DNA of 64,000 bases from Candidatus Eiseniibacteriota bacterium (GCA_963717935.1 CAVQXP010000004.1:32001-96000); one strand, 5' to 3'; numbered from the stretch's first letter, positions 20,220 through 32,143 are shown. Program-made: numbers and translations. Notes: generated by a model from the sequence alone, not told the origin.

Positions 20220-20825
20220 CTACCGCCGCCCCCGTTCGAAGGCCGTCACGCCGGGGGCGAAGTCCTCGCGCACGAAGCCGTAGAGCCCGCAGTGCACCAG
20301 CCCGGCCGCGTGGAACTGGCGGTCGTAGAACGCGGGACTGCGGCGCTTCATCTCGTGGAAATCGCCGGCGATGGAGTCGGGGCGGGTGAAGAGCTCGATC
20401 CAGGCCATGCCTTCGAGCAGGCTCGCCAGCGCGCGCAGGCCGCGGCGCAACTCGCCCGCGGGCACGTAGTGCAGCACGTCGGAGCAGACGATCAGGTCGA
20501 AGGGGCCCTCGAGGCCGAGGGCACCCAGCCCGCCGAAGGTGCCGAGCCGCAGGTTGCGCCGGCGCCCGAAGCGCTGCACGGCGTACTCGCTCGAGTCCAC
20601 GCCGACGTAGCGCAGGCCGGGCCGCAGCCGCGCGAGGATGGGCTGCCACGGCCCCTCGCCGCAGCCGACGTCGAGCACGCGGCGCACCGGGCGCTGGATC
20701 AGGTACTCGGCGGCCGCGAGCGCCAGGCGCGCCTTGCGCTCGACCATGACGCCCACGTGGATGCGGGTGGCCGGGTCGCGATACCAGCGCTCGAAGTAGT
20801 CGCGGTCGTAGCGCTTGACGGTCAC
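20220..20825 (-). CDS. Class I SAM-dependent methyltransferase
   Basis: [10 protein letters not shown]...VLDVGCGEG...GVDSSEYA...[12 protein letters not shown]. Confidence 0.85.
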   Translation of the reverse strand: MTVKRYDRDYFERWYRDPATRIHVGVMVERKARLALAAAEYLIQRPVRRVLDVGCGEGPWQPILARLRPGLRYVGVDSSEYAVQRFGRRRNLRLGTFGGLGALGLEGPFDLIVCSDVLHYVPAGELRRGLRALASLLEGMAWIELFTRPDSIAGDFHEMKRRSPAFYDRQFHAAGLVHCGLYGFVREDFAPGVTAFERGRR

Positions 20826-20854
20826 GGAGTCAGCGGGGCGGGAGCAGCGCGGCG

Positions 20855-22117
20855 CTACGCCGCGGGCTCCCGGATGCGCTTCACGTCCGCCCCGAGCGCC
20901 GCGAGCTTCCGCTCGATGGCCTCGTAGCCGCGGTCGAGGTGATAGACGCGCGAGATCTTCGTCTCGCCCTCGGCGACGAGCGCCGCGATCACCAGCGCCG
21001 CGCTGGCGCGGATGTCGGTCGCCATGACGGGGGCGCCCGACAGGCGCTCGACGCCCTTCACGATGGCGACGTTGTTCTGCATGTGCACGTCGGCCCCGAG
21101 CCGCACGAGCTCCGGCACGTGGCTGAAGCGGTCCAGGTAGATGGTGTCGGTGATGGTGCTGGTGCCGTCGGCGACCGCGCACAGGGCCATGATCTGCGCC
21201 TGCATGTCGGTGGGGAAGCCGGGGAACGGCTCGGTCACGACGTTCAGCGCGGCGGGCCGCACGGGTCCGCGGATCGTGACCTCGCGCGCGCCGGGGAGCA
21301 CCTCGCAGCCGGCCTGCTCGAGCACGCGCAGCGTGGCCCCCAGGTGCGCGGGCTCGCAGTTCGCGACCGCCAGGCTGCTGCCGGTGATGGCGGCGGCCGC
21401 AAGGAACGTGGCGCCCTCGACGCGGTCGGGGATGATGGCGGTCTCGATCGGCCACAGGTGCTTCACGCCGCGGATGGTCAGTTGCCGCGAGCCGATGCCC
21501 TCGATCTCGGCGCCGCACTGCACCAGCACCTCGGCGAGCGCGGTGACGTCGGGCTCGATGGCCACGTTGTCGAGCGTGGTGACGCCCTCGGCGAGCACCG
21601 CGGCCATCATCAGCTGCGCGGTCGCACCGACCGAGACCATGCCGAAGTGGAAGTCGGCGCCCTTGAGCCGCACGTCGCGCCCGACGACGTAGCCGTGCTC
21701 GATCTCGAGGTTCGCGTTCATCGCGTTGAGGCCCTCGAGGTGCAGGTTGATGGGGCGCGGTCCCCAGGCGCAGCCACCGGGCAGCGAGACGCGTGCGGCG
21801 CCGAAGCGCGCGAGCAGGGGGCCCAGCACGTAGACGCTGGCGCGCATGGTGCGCACCAGGTCGTAGGGCGCCTCGACCGAGGCGACGTTGGTGGTGTCCA
21901 CGACACACGTGTGGTCGTGGAAGGCCACCTTCGCCCCGAGGGTCTCGAGCACGCGGGCCATGGTGCGCGTGTCGGACAGCAGGGGTATGTTGCGCAGCGT
22001 GTGCACGCCGGAGGTGAGCAGCGTGGCGGCCATGAGCGGCAGGGCCGCGTTCTTCGCCCCGCTGATCTCCACGCGGCCGGAGAGCCGCTGCCCCCCGCGA
22101 ATGATCAGGGCGTCCAT
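20855..22117 (-). CDS. murA: UDP-N-acetylglucosamine 1-carboxyvinyltransferase
   Basis: [46 protein letters not shown]. An alternative upstream start is possible. Confidence 0.97.
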   Translation of the reverse strand: MDALIIRGGQRLSGRVEISGAKNAALPLMAATLLTSGVHTLRNIPLLSDTRTMARVLETLGAKVAFHDHTCVVDTTNVASVEAPYDLVRTMRASVYVLGPLLARFGAARVSLPGGCAWGPRPINLHLEGLNAMNANLEIEHGYVVGRDVRLKGADFHFGMVSVGATAQLMMAAVLAEGVTTLDNVAIEPDVTALAEVLVQCGAEIEGIGSRQLTIRGVKHLWPIETAIIPDRVEGATFLAAAAITGSSLAVANCEPAHLGATLRVLEQAGCEVLPGAREVTIRGPVRPAALNVVTEPFPGFPTDMQAQIMALCAVADGTSTITDTIYLDRFSHVPELVRLGADVHMQNNVAIVKGVERLSGAPVMATDIRASAALVIAALVAEGETKISRVYHLDRGYEAIERKLAALGADVKRIREPAA

Positions 22118-22404
22118 GGTCTTGGGCCTCGCATGTTCCGGAGAGGTGGGATCGAGGGTGCGCGAATCCGGCCTGGGCGACGCGACATCCATGTGCAGGT
22201 CCTCTGCTGCGGCCGATGGCCATCCATGGCCAGGGCCCGTGACGTTCCCGGGTGCGGCAAGCCGATTATGCGAGTGCGGGGGCGCGCGCGCAAGGCGCGC
22301 GCCCCGGGGTGCGTGGAATCCGGCGGCGCGGAGCCGTATCATCGCGGTGCGGACCGGCCGGAGGCCATCACCCCCAGCATTCCCCGAGATCCTGGAGAAC
22401 CATC

Positions 22405-23337
22405 ATGCCGAGACTCGCGCTCCTCGCCCTGCTGTTCACGCTCCTGCCAGCCGGCGCCGCCGTCGCCGCCCCCGTCGCCACCGCGAGCCCCGTCCGGCTC
22501 GCACCGGCCGAGGCCGATTCGCTGACGCAGGCCATCCTCAAGGACCGCGCCGAGACCGAGCAGTGGCTCAAGAGCGGCGAGAATTCGTACCTGGCGACGA
22601 TCCAGCGCGTGGACTTCGGCACGAGGACGACGCTCACGATCGGCCGCGCCGCGGACAACCACGTCTGCATCGCCGACCCGACGGTCTCGCCCCACCACCT
22701 GCTCGTCTCGGTGACGGGGGACTCGTTCTATGTCGCGGCGGTGGATCCCGGCGTGGCCTTCAGGGCGAAGACCAGCGTCCTGGCCCATGCCACCGTGGCC
22801 CCGAGCAGCGTCGAGATCGGGCGCTTCACGCTGCGTCTGTCGCACCAGCGTTTCCCGGCCATCATCGTCTTCGACCGGCAGAGCCCGCGCTTCGCCGAGT
22901 ACAAGGGGCTGACGTGGTTCCCGGTGGACCTCTCTTACCGCTACGTGCTGGAGCTCAGGGCGAAGTCGAAGCCGGACACGGTGATCATCCAGTCGACCCG
23001 CGGGAACCGGCGCCGCGCGGTGCGCGTGGGCTGGTTCGACTTCATGGTCGGCAAGACGCGCTGCCGGCTCGAGGCGACGCGGCTGCTGGAGCCGGGCGTG
23101 GGCGAGAACGACATCTCGGTCTTCTTCCGCGACGCCACCACCGGCAAGGAGACGTATCCGACGGGCCGCTACGTGGACCCCGTGCGGCTGCCGGACGGGC
23201 GCTACCTGCTCGACCTGAACCTCTGCTACAACCCCGCCTGCGCCGTCTCGGAGCACTACAACTGCCCGATCCCGCCCCGGGCGAACGTGCTCAAGGTGCC
23301 AATCCGCGCGGGCGAGATGGACTCGCACTACCACTAG
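22405..23337 (+). CDS. DUF1684 family secreted protein
   Basis: Signal peptide; FRDATTGKETYPTGRY and DLNLCYNPACAVSEHYNCPIPP..N..I.AGE motifs. Confidence 0.88.
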   Translation: MPRLALLALLFTLLPAGAAVAAPVATASPVRLAPAEADSLTQAILKDRAETEQWLKSGENSYLATIQRVDFGTRTTLTIGRAADNHVCIADPTVSPHHLLVSVTGDSFYVAAVDPGVAFRAKTSVLAHATVAPSSVEIGRFTLRLSHQRFPAIIVFDRQSPRFAEYKGLTWFPVDLSYRYVLELRAKSKPDTVIIQSTRGNRRRAVRVGWFDFMVGKTRCRLEATRLLEPGVGENDISVFFRDATTGKETYPTGRYVDPVRLPDGRYLLDLNLCYNPACAVSEHYNCPIPPRANVLKVPIRAGEMDSHYH

Positions 23338-23406
23338 CCTGGACGATTGTGACCGAAATGTGACCGAGCCGGTCCCCGGCGGCATCGTCGACGCGAGGTG
23401 CGGCGG

Positions 23407-24462
23407 CTAGCGGATCCCCAGCCGTTCCTCGACCTCGCGCGTGGCCGCCGGGATGCCGGCGTCGTAGCCGGCGACCGTCGGCTCGAGTTCGGCGCGCGTG
23501 CGCACGCCGGCATGCACCAGGTTGCAGGCGATCACGCCCTGCACGGTCAGGCCGGCCGCCTTGCGCCAGGTGCCGTTGATGAGGCCGTCCTCGATCATGC
23601 AGTCGAAGCGCATGGGCAGCGCGGGATGCGGCGCGCGCCAGCCCGTCTCCTCGAGCGCCTTCACCATCACCGGCACGTCCCAGGGGACGTAGCGCGACAG
23701 GGTGACACGCCCGATGGCGGGCACGCGCGGCGCCCGCCGGAACTGGTTCGCGACCGGCGGAACGTGGAACTCGAGCCGCAGCCGCAGCAGGTGCCAGACC
23801 GCGAGCGCCAGGTGCCACAGCATGCCCGGCCACTGCGCGGGGCGGGTCTGCCGGAGCGCGCGCTTCACGCCCGCGAGCTTCGGGCCGCGCTTCAGGTGCA
23901 GCTTGTCCTCGAAGATGTTGTGCGAGCCGAGGATCGCCGGGACCCGCTCGCGGAGCGCGGCGCGCAGCAGCACCGCCTCGATGGCCGGTCCGCAGAACAC
24001 GCACACGGCCCAGTAGAGCCCGGTGGGCCGGAACGCGAGCGCCATGTGCCGGACGTAGAGCGCGTCGTGCCGCCCCCTGCTGCGCACGATCTCGAGGTCC
24101 ACGCCGAGGCTGGCGCACAGCGCCCGCACGTTGCGGTCGGCACCCTCGTGATTGAACCCGTGGTCGTACTTGACCACGAGCGGGTTCAGCCCCAGCAGGC
24201 GCTTCGCGATCCAGATGACGTAGGACGAATCGAGCCCGCCCGAGCCGCCGATCACGCAGTCGTAGCGCCCCTTGCGCTGCGCGCGCCACCGGGCGGCCTG
24301 CCGCCGGAGGTCCTCGAGGCCCGAGGTGAGGTGCGCGGCGAGCTCTTCGCCGATGCGGCTCTGGTGGCAGACCGAGCAGCGGCCGTCGGCCTCGAGGGTC
24401 ACGCCGGGGAAGTCGGTCGTGAAGAAACAGGCGGAGCAGCGGCCGGGCGGCGCGGAATCCAT
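23407..24462 (-). CDS. PP-loop N-acetyl-sugar amidotransferase-like protein (WbuX-like)
   Basis: RCSAC...GRCSVC N-terminal Cys cluster; YDCVIGGSGGLDSSY PP-loop; GLNPLVVKYDHGF. Confidence 0.7.
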   Translation of the reverse strand: MDSAPPGRCSACFFTTDFPGVTLEADGRCSVCHQSRIGEELAAHLTSGLEDLRRQAARWRAQRKGRYDCVIGGSGGLDSSYVIWIAKRLLGLNPLVVKYDHGFNHEGADRNVRALCASLGVDLEIVRSRGRHDALYVRHMALAFRPTGLYWAVCVFCGPAIEAVLLRAALRERVPAILGSHNIFEDKLHLKRGPKLAGVKRALRQTRPAQWPGMLWHLALAVWHLLRLRLEFHVPPVANQFRRAPRVPAIGRVTLSRYVPWDVPVMVKALEETGWRAPHPALPMRFDCMIEDGLINGTWRKAAGLTVQGVIACNLVHAGVRTRAELEPTVAGYDAGIPAATREVEERLGIR

Positions 24463-24545
24463 GGCGCGGGACTATGCGGCCTGCGGGCGGCCGGTGACAA
24501 GGACGACGCGCGGTTCATCCCCGCGCCGCACGGCGCCGACGGACC

Positions 24546-25418
24546 TCAGCGGATGCCGGCGGTGCGCGCCAGCAGGTAGCGGGGCCGTCGGGCCAGGTCG
24601 TCGCGGACCTCGACCTCCTGCCATCCGGGAGCGCCCCGGAGCCAGCCGGCGGCCTGGTGCGTGCGGTCCTCGGCGAGCTCGAGCGCGAGCAGACCGCGGG
24701 CGACGAGGCGGCGCGCGGCCTGGTCGACGATCTCGCGCGCGTCGTCCAGCCCGCTCGCGCCGGACAAGAGCGCCTGCCGCGGCTCGAACGACCGCACGTC
24801 CTCGGGCAGGTCGTCCCATTCGCCGGTCGCGATGTAGGGCGGGTTCGAGACCACGACTTCGAAACGCTCCTCCGCGTCGACGGCCTCGAACCAGTGGCCG
24901 GCGAGGAAGCGAACGCGTCCGGCGAGTCCCAGTGCGGCCGCGTTGGCGCGCGCCACCTCGAGCGTTCCCACGCTCGCGTCGGTCGCCGTGACGACGGCGG
25001 CCGGCCACTCGGCCGCAAGGGCGAGGGCGAGGGCGCCGGAGCCCGTGCCCAGGTCGAGCACGCGCGGCGCGGGCCAGCGCGCGGCTTCGGCACGCAGGAC
25101 CTCGAGCACGGCCTCGGCCAGTCCCTCGGTCTCGGGGCGTGGGATGAGCACGCGGGGATCCACGGCGAGATCGAGATCCCGGAACGCGGCGCGCCCGGTG
25201 ACGTACTGCACGGGCTCGTGCAGGGCGCGGCGAGCGAGCCAGGCTGCGAACCGGGCCGATTCGACGGACGTGAGGACGCGCGCGCCCAGCAGATGGAGCT
25301 GCGCGCGCGACACGCCGAGCAGGCGGCTCAGCAGCTCCTCGGCATCGCTGCGGGGCGTGGGCGAGGACGCGAGCGCGGCGAGCGCGGAGCGGAGCGCGGA
25401 GGCGACGGTGGGCTGCAC
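24546..25418 (-). CDS. prmC: Release factor glutamine methyltransferase
   Basis: EPVQYVTG, VLIPRPETE, LDLGTGSG, VSNPPYI. GTG at 25418 is preferred because a promoter sits just upstream; ATG at 25430 is the alternative. Confidence 0.95.
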   Translation of the reverse strand: MQPTVASALRSALAALASSPTPRSDAEELLSRLLGVSRAQLHLLGARVLTSVESARFAAWLARRALHEPVQYVTGRAAFRDLDLAVDPRVLIPRPETEGLAEAVLEVLRAEAARWPAPRVLDLGTGSGALALALAAEWPAAVVTATDASVGTLEVARANAAALGLAGRVRFLAGHWFEAVDAEERFEVVVSNPPYIATGEWDDLPEDVRSFEPRQALLSGASGLDDAREIVDQAARRLVARGLLALELAEDRTHQAAGWLRGAPGWQEVEVRDDLARRPRYLLARTAGIR

Positions 25419-25577
25419 GGGCGCCAGCATAGCGGCCCGGAGCGGCGGCTCCAATGACGCGGCGGGGGCCGGCGGGGCCGGGACGGCCACGTGGGGGCGC
25501 CGGCGGGGTGGGCGCGGAGGACGGCTGGTCACCCGCACGCTCGCCCTCCGCCCCAGGAGCCCGCCTCGCCGGCGAAG

Positions 25578-25874
25578 CTAACGCGACTCCATCACGAGCG
25601 CGTCGAACAGCATGTAACCACAGCAGGCGACGGCACCCACGATCGTGGCGACCTGGGTGCCCGCGGTGGCGATGCTGGCGCGCACGAAGATCCCGCAGCC
25701 GATGGAGGCCAGCGCGCCGAGCGCGGTGTCGGGGTGCACCGTGGGCCGATCGATCAGGGTCCTCTGCCCGCCCGGCACCGGCGCGGTGCCGCCGTCCTGC
25801 GCGAGCGCGGCCGGCGGCAGCAGCGCGAGCGCGGCGATCAGCGCGAACGGCGCGAGTGAACGTTTCCAGCGCAT
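25578..25874 (-). CDS. Small secreted hydrophobic Cys-containing peptide B (98 aa)
   Basis: GAAGGGAG RBS; MRWKRSLAPFALIAALALLPPAALA signal peptide; C-terminal GC...VACC hydrophobic hairpin. Confidence 0.75.
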   Translation of the reverse strand: MRWKRSLAPFALIAALALLPPAALAQDGGTAPVPGGQRTLIDRPTVHPDTALGALASIGCGIFVRASIATAGTQVATIVGAVACCGYMLFDALVMESR

Positions 25875-25888
25875 GGTGGGGTCTCCCT

Positions 25889-26113
25889 TCAGTCGTTGCT
25901 GGTCAGAAACGCGTGGATGCAGACGAGCGTGGTGTAGAAGACGCTCGCCGGTACCGCGACCATGAAGACGATGGAGCCAGCGCAGGCGATGTACTTCACG
26001 GCCGTGCTGACCCCGCTCGGCGCCGCAGTCCTGACACCGGCCCGCGGCGTCGCCGGCGCGAGCGCGAGCATGACCGCCAGCGCCAGCGCCACGATCCCCC
26101 TCTTCCTCCACAT
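25889..26113 (-). CDS. Small secreted hydrophobic Cys-containing peptide A (74 aa)
   Basis: Strong GGAGGAGG RBS; MWRKRGIVALALAVMLALAPATPRA signal; YIAC-20aa-C hydrophobic core. Confidence 0.7.
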   Translation of the reverse strand: MWRKRGIVALALAVMLALAPATPRAGVRTAAPSGVSTAVKYIACAGSIVFMVAVPASVFYTTLVCIHAFLTSND

Positions 26114-26161
26114 CCCTCCTCCTCCGGGAGCGCGGGGGGCCACTCGGACGATCCTGCGGGG

Positions 26162-26176
26162 GCAAGGCTTCCGCCG
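26162..26176 (-). promoter_or_regulatory. Possible internal sigma54 promoter for the two peptide genes
   Basis: CGGCGGAAGCCTTGC (GG-N10-GC with TTGC), about 50 bp upstream of the ATG at 26113. Confidence 0.4.
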
Positions 26177-26225
26177 GCCGCCGCGACCCGCCGGCTCGAC
26201 GCGTGCGGCCTGTCGCGCGCGAGGC

Positions 26226-26687
26226 TCAGTCGGGGAGCCGCGTGCGCACGTAACGGCCGCGGGGGTCGAAACAGAGCACTTCCCCGTACACGCGGTGGCC
26301 CCAGCGCCGGCGCCAGTCGCCGCGTACGTCCCACCACACCGGGGCGGCCCGGAGCGCGTCGATCGTGGACGCACCGGGCCGGCGCGGCGTGTCCACGATG
26401 AGCGCACCCACGCGCAGGCCAGTGCGCGGACGGGCGGCCAGCCGCGCGAGCGCCTGCAGGCAGTGCGGGCAGTCCGGGTTCACCGCGACCAGCCAGGTGC
26501 CGGCGCTCGAGTCGGCCGTGGCCGCGCACACGAGCACGAGCGGCGCGCCGAGACCGGGCGTCTGCCAGACGCGGGTGCGGTCGAGGTGCCAGAGCCAGCC
26601 CAGAGCGGCAAGTGCGGCCCCGACGAGCGCCCAGCCCGCCCAGCCGGCGAGGCGCCGGTCCCGCGAGACGCCGGGCGCGCGCTTCAT
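26226..26687 (-). CDS. Membrane-anchored thioredoxin-like CxxC protein
   Basis: N-terminal TM, WLVAVNPDCPHC, C-terminal YGEVLCFDPRGR; ATGA overlap with the upstream gene. Confidence 0.7.
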   Translation of the reverse strand: MKRAPGVSRDRRLAGWAGWALVGAALAALGWLWHLDRTRVWQTPGLGAPLVLVCAATADSSAGTWLVAVNPDCPHCLQALARLAARPRTGLRVGALIVDTPRRPGASTIDALRAAPVWWDVRGDWRRRWGHRVYGEVLCFDPRGRYVRTRLPD

Positions 26688-27298
26688 CGCGGCGGGCTCA
26701 TGCCGCGGAAGAGATCCATCGTCCACCACAGCGAGACCCGCGTGGCGAACCACGCCAGGGTGGTGACGAGCAACGGCCCCCGCAGGCGCCGCCCGGTGCC
26801 GGCCGACTGGAGCCAGGCCGTGATCGCGATGCGCGCCAGGGTGAGCAGCCCGAGGCTGCCGAACGCCACCCACAGGCCGGGTTCCGCCCCCGGCCAGCGG
26901 TCCCTGAGGAGATGGAGCCCCGCGACCGGGGCCAGCCAGGGCGCGAGCGCCGGCGCGCGCCCCGCCAGTGCGGTCACGCCCTGCGCGAAGCGGTCCACCA
27001 GCGAGAGCGCGACGAGCGCCACGAGGAAGCGGGCGTACGGCAGGTGCGCGCCGCGCGCGCGCCACCACAGGGTGTAGACGAGCGCCTCGACCGCGCTCGC
27101 GGCCAGGCGCGCCAGCACCATGATGGTGGCCGCGACGGCGAGGTTCAGGTGCTGCCCGGCGCCGAGCTCACTCCCCTGCCGCAGGCCCAGCTCCCACCAC
27201 GATGCGAGGGCGATGACGAACAGGAAGACGTTCATCCGGTGCATGCGGCGATTGTCGGGCGCCGCGCGCGCGGCCAGGGCCGCAGCCGACGAGTCCAT
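26684..27298 (-). CDS. Multi-TM membrane protein (possibly Yip1-like)
   Basis: About 5 hydrophobic segments; AAGGAGG RBS; family assignment is tentative. Confidence 0.7.
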   Translation of the reverse strand: MDSSAAALAARAAPDNRRMHRMNVFLFVIALASWWELGLRQGSELGAGQHLNLAVAATIMVLARLAASAVEALVYTLWWRARGAHLPYARFLVALVALSLVDRFAQGVTALAGRAPALAPWLAPVAGLHLLRDRWPGAEPGLWVAFGSLGLLTLARIAITAWLQSAGTGRRLRGPLLVTTLAWFATRVSLWWTMDLFRGMSPPR

Positions 27299-27368
27299 CG
27301 GGACCTCCTTGCGGGGGGCACCCGGCGGCGGGCCGGCGGGTCGGGACCGGGAGCGAGGCGGCCGGACC

Positions 27369-27383
27369 GCAAGGCGCGTGCCG
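27369..27383 (-). promoter_or_regulatory. sigma54 (-24/-12) promoter of the peptide operon
   Basis: CGGCACGCGCCTTGC versus consensus TGGCACG-N4-TTGC; 70 bp upstream of ATG 27298. Confidence 0.7.
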
Positions 27384-27475
27384 CGCGGGGAAGCGCGGCG
27401 CAGGCATCACCCGCTCGCGCCCGGGATGCCGGCCACCGTCCACGACGCTCCGCGTTCCGTCCACGGCGTGGACGG

Positions 27476-28573
27476 CTAGCCGCTCGTGGTGGAGCCCAGC
27501 GCTTCGAGCCGCTCGGCCATGTCGGCGGCCAGCAGCGCCTCGGAGAGATCGTCGAGGTGGCCCTCGAGGATCTCCGGCAGGTTGTGCACGGAGAAGTTGA
27601 TGCGGTGGTCCGTGACCCGGCTCTGCGGGAAATTGTACGTCCGGATCTTGGCGCTGCGGTCGCCGGTCGAGACCTGCGACTTGCGCTGCGCGGCGTACTT
27701 CGCCTGCTGGGCCTGCAGCTTCGCGTCGTAGAGCCGGGCGCGCAGCACCTTCATGGCCTTCGCGCGGTTCTTGATCTGCGAGCGCTCGTCCTGGCAGGTG
27801 ACGACGAGGTTCGTCGGCAGGTGGGTGATGCGCACGGCGGAGTCGGTGGTGTTGACGCCCTGCCCGCCGGGGCCGCCGGCGCGGTAGACGTCCACGCGGA
27901 TGTCCTTCTCCTGGATGTCCACGTCGACCTCCTCGACCTCGGGCAGCACCGCCACCGTGGCGGCCGAGGTGTGGATGCGGCCCGACGCCTCGGTCTCGGG
28001 CACGCGCTGCACGCGATGGACGCCGCTCTCGTACTTCATGCGCCGGTACACGGCGTCGCCCTCGAGCGAGAAGATGATCTCCTTGAAGCCGCCCACGCCC
28101 GAGGGGCTCGAGGACAGGATCTCCTGCTTCCAGCCCTGGCGCTCGGCGTACTTCGTGTACATGCGGGTCAGGTCGCCGGCGAAGAGCGAGGCCTCGTCGC
28201 CCCCGGTCCCGGCGCGGATCTCGACGATGACGTTCTTGTCGTCGTCCGGGTCGCGGGGCAGCAGCAGGCGCTTGAGCGTGCTCTCGAGCTGCTCGAGGCG
28301 AGCCCGCAGCTCGGGCAGCTCGGCGCGTGCCAGCTCGGCCAGCTCCTCGTCGCCCGAGACCACCGCCTGCTCGTCGTCGGCGAGGGTCCGCTCGACGCTC
28401 CGGTGCTCGGCCAGCGTGCGGATGGTCTCCTCGAGCCGGGCTCGTTCGCGCGACAGGTCGCGGAGCTTCTTCGGGTCACTGACGATCTCGCCCACCCCGA
28501 GCATGCCGGTCAGCTCGGCGAAGCGCTCCTCGACCTTCCTGAGCGCCTCCCACATGCCGTTCGAGGTACTCAT
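27476..28573 (-). CDS. prfA: Peptide chain release factor 1
   Basis: [19 protein letters not shown] (PxT motif), [27 protein letters not shown]. Confidence 0.97.
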   Translation of the reverse strand: MSTSNGMWEALRKVEERFAELTGMLGVGEIVSDPKKLRDLSRERARLEETIRTLAEHRSVERTLADDEQAVVSGDEELAELARAELPELRARLEQLESTLKRLLLPRDPDDDKNVIVEIRAGTGGDEASLFAGDLTRMYTKYAERQGWKQEILSSSPSGVGGFKEIIFSLEGDAVYRRMKYESGVHRVQRVPETEASGRIHTSAATVAVLPEVEEVDVDIQEKDIRVDVYRAGGPGGQGVNTTDSAVRITHLPTNLVVTCQDERSQIKNRAKAMKVLRARLYDAKLQAQQAKYAAQRKSQVSTGDRSAKIRTYNFPQSRVTDHRINFSVHNLPEILEGHLDDLSEALLAADMAERLEALGSTTSG

Positions 28574-29509
28574 TGGATGAACGCCATCTCTCCCTGCGCG
28601 GACGCGCCGGCGCGCTCGAGGGCGAGCACGGTCTCGTCATTGCGCACGCGCTCCAGCGCCGCGATCGCCACGGCGCACATGTCGGCGTCGGGCTCGCGCG
28701 TGGTGAGCCGCTGGAACTGCATCCCGGGCCAGACCAGCCAGCGCACCACGGGCCGGGTCGCGTGGCGGCCCGAGAGCCGCACGAACTCGAAGGCGATGCC
28801 GGCGATGAGCGGCATGCACGCGATGCGCAGCAGGTGGTCGCCCACGCCGCGCGGCTTCCCGATGAAGCTGAAGACCACGACACTCACGACCACCACCAGG
28901 AACAGGAACGAGGTGCCGCAGCGCGGGTGCAGACGCGAGAACGTCATCACGCTCTCGGGTGTCAGCGGCGCGCCACTCTCGATCGCGTGGATGGACTTGT
29001 GCTCGGCGCCGTGGTAGCCGAGCACGCGGCGCATCTCCTTCCACTGGCTGATGAGCAGCAGGTAGAGCACGAACACGAGCAGCCGGAACACGCCGTCCAC
29101 CACGCCGAAGCCCACGCGATCGTGGAAGCCGAGCGCGCCGGTCACGCGCGCGGGCAGGATGACGAAGAGGAACATGCCGAGCGTCAGCGAGAGCGCCACG
29201 GTCGCGAACTGGAGGCCCTGCTGGGCCACCGAGGGCTTCGCCTCCGGCTTCGCGTCCTCGGTCGCGGCTGGCCTCGTCGGCGCTGAAGTTGAGCGCCGAC
29301 ACCCCGAGCCCGAGGGTCTCGAAGAGCGAGACGGCCCCGCGCACGACCGGCCAGCCCAGGAGCTTGAAGCGCCGGGTGACCGAGGAAAAGGGGCGCTCGA
29401 GGAAGGCGAGCGTGCCGTCCGGACGGCGCACGGCCACCGCCATCCGCGAGGGCGAGCGCATCATGACGCCTTCGATGACGGCCTGGCCGCCGACCGGCAG
29501 GAACGGCAT
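28570..29509 (-). CDS. DUF1385 family protein, one frameshift (~29270)
   Basis: [13 protein letters not shown] in one frame; [15 protein letters not shown] and QRLTTREP in another; typical rpmE-DUF1385-prfA synteny. Confidence 0.88.
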
Positions 29510-29576
29510 GGGTCCTCCAGTTGCACGAACGGCCCCCGGCCGGCGGCAGGACCGGACGGGAGCCGAACGCGGGACG

Positions 29577-29852
29577 CTACTGCCCGGCGGTCTCGGGAGT
29601 CTTGGGAGCCTCGGGCGTCTCGGGCGTCTCACCGGCCTGGCTGTAGCGCCGGCGGAAGCGCTCGATGCGTCCAGCCCTGTCCATGATCTTCTGCTTGCCC
29701 GTGAAGAAAGGATGGCAGTTGGAGCAAATCTCCAGATGGACCTTCCCGTCGGAGTTGCTGGGCTCCTGGGTGGTCCGCGTCTGCCACTCGTTGCCGCAGC
29801 TCGCGCAGTGCAGAGTCTGCAGCTTGTAGACGGGATGGATACCGGCTCTCAT
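29577..29852 (-). CDS. rpmE: 50S ribosomal protein L31 (Zn-binding type) with a short repetitive tail
   Basis: [35 protein letters not shown]. Confidence 0.95.
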   Translation of the reverse strand: MRAGIHPVYKLQTLHCASCGNEWQTRTTQEPSNSDGKVHLEICSNCHPFFTGKQKIMDRAGRIERFRRRYSQAGETPETPEAPKTPETAGQ

Positions 29853-30102
29853 CGATTCCTCCAGGTGGGTCCTGCCGGAGCCAGCGGGCCCTGCGAGACC
29901 GGACTCGACCGCGCTGAATCCCCGACATGACAGCGGCCGAGGATTATGCCCGAAGCGGGCGCGGATGCCAAACCACCGCCCTGGGGGAGCACCGGAGGAC
30001 GATCCTGCCACGGGGGGTAGCCCACGCCGGCCAACGGGGAAGCCGGGCACCGCCGGACCGGACCGCGGGGCCCCGGCGGGAGAGGTCCGGCCGGGCCCCG
30101 GC

Positions 30103-30459
30103 TCAGAGGGTGATGACCTTGGCGGCCTCGAGTTGGGCGCTGAGGATGTCGGGCATCGCGCAGGCGCTGCCGACGCGCTGCCGGTCCTTGAGGCCGTAGA
30201 ACTCGAGACAGGTCGTGCACACCAGCAACCGGCAGCCACGCTGCTCGAGCGACCGCAGCATCTCGAGCACGGGGGAGCCCTCGCAGACGAGGTGCACGCC
30301 ATCGGTGTAGAAGCACAGCGCGTGCGGCGTGAGGTCGCCCGCGAGCAGCAGCCCGAGGTACTTGCCCATCAGCGCGAGCTGCAACTCGGGCTCGCCCGAT
30401 CCGAGCCCCTCGCGCGGGACCAGGATGACGGTGGCGGCGAGCGATGCTTCGCCGCTCAT
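30103..30459 (-). CDS. DsrE/YedF-like sulfur or selenium relay protein
   Basis: [42 protein letters not shown]. Confidence 0.75.
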   Translation of the reverse strand: MSGEASLAATVILVPREGLGSGEPELQLALMGKYLGLLLAGDLTPHALCFYTDGVHLVCEGSPVLEMLRSLEQRGCRLLVCTTCLEFYGLKDRQRVGSACAMPDILSAQLEAAKVITL

Positions 30460-30497
30460 CGGGGACTCCTCGCAACGCGGGCCACGGATCGTCCAGG

Positions 30498-31781
<1,284 letters not shown>

Positions 31782-32143
31782 CGTTCGCCTTCGTTTGTCG
31801 GCGCAACCGCCTCCGGGGGAGCACCTCTCGGCCGAAGACCGAAAGGCCCTGCCGGATCGCGGTGGGTGGCCGTGGGGCGGACCGGATGCCGGTCCGCTGG
31901 CCTGGGGTGGATTGGGCTCGGGACGGGTTGGTCCTGGCGGCTGTCCGCGGCTTCCGGACTGGCGTGCAGCGGCGCTGGACGGTTTCCTCGGGTGGATGCT
32001 GCGATGAATGATGAGCTGCTGGAAGGTGCTTTCGCGATGTGGCGCCGGGGAGGTCCGCACGCCCGGGGACCTGAAGGCGGGACGTGCAGCGAGCGGGACG
32101 CGACCCGCCAGTTCACGCGGTGGCGTCACCCGTTCACGTACCT

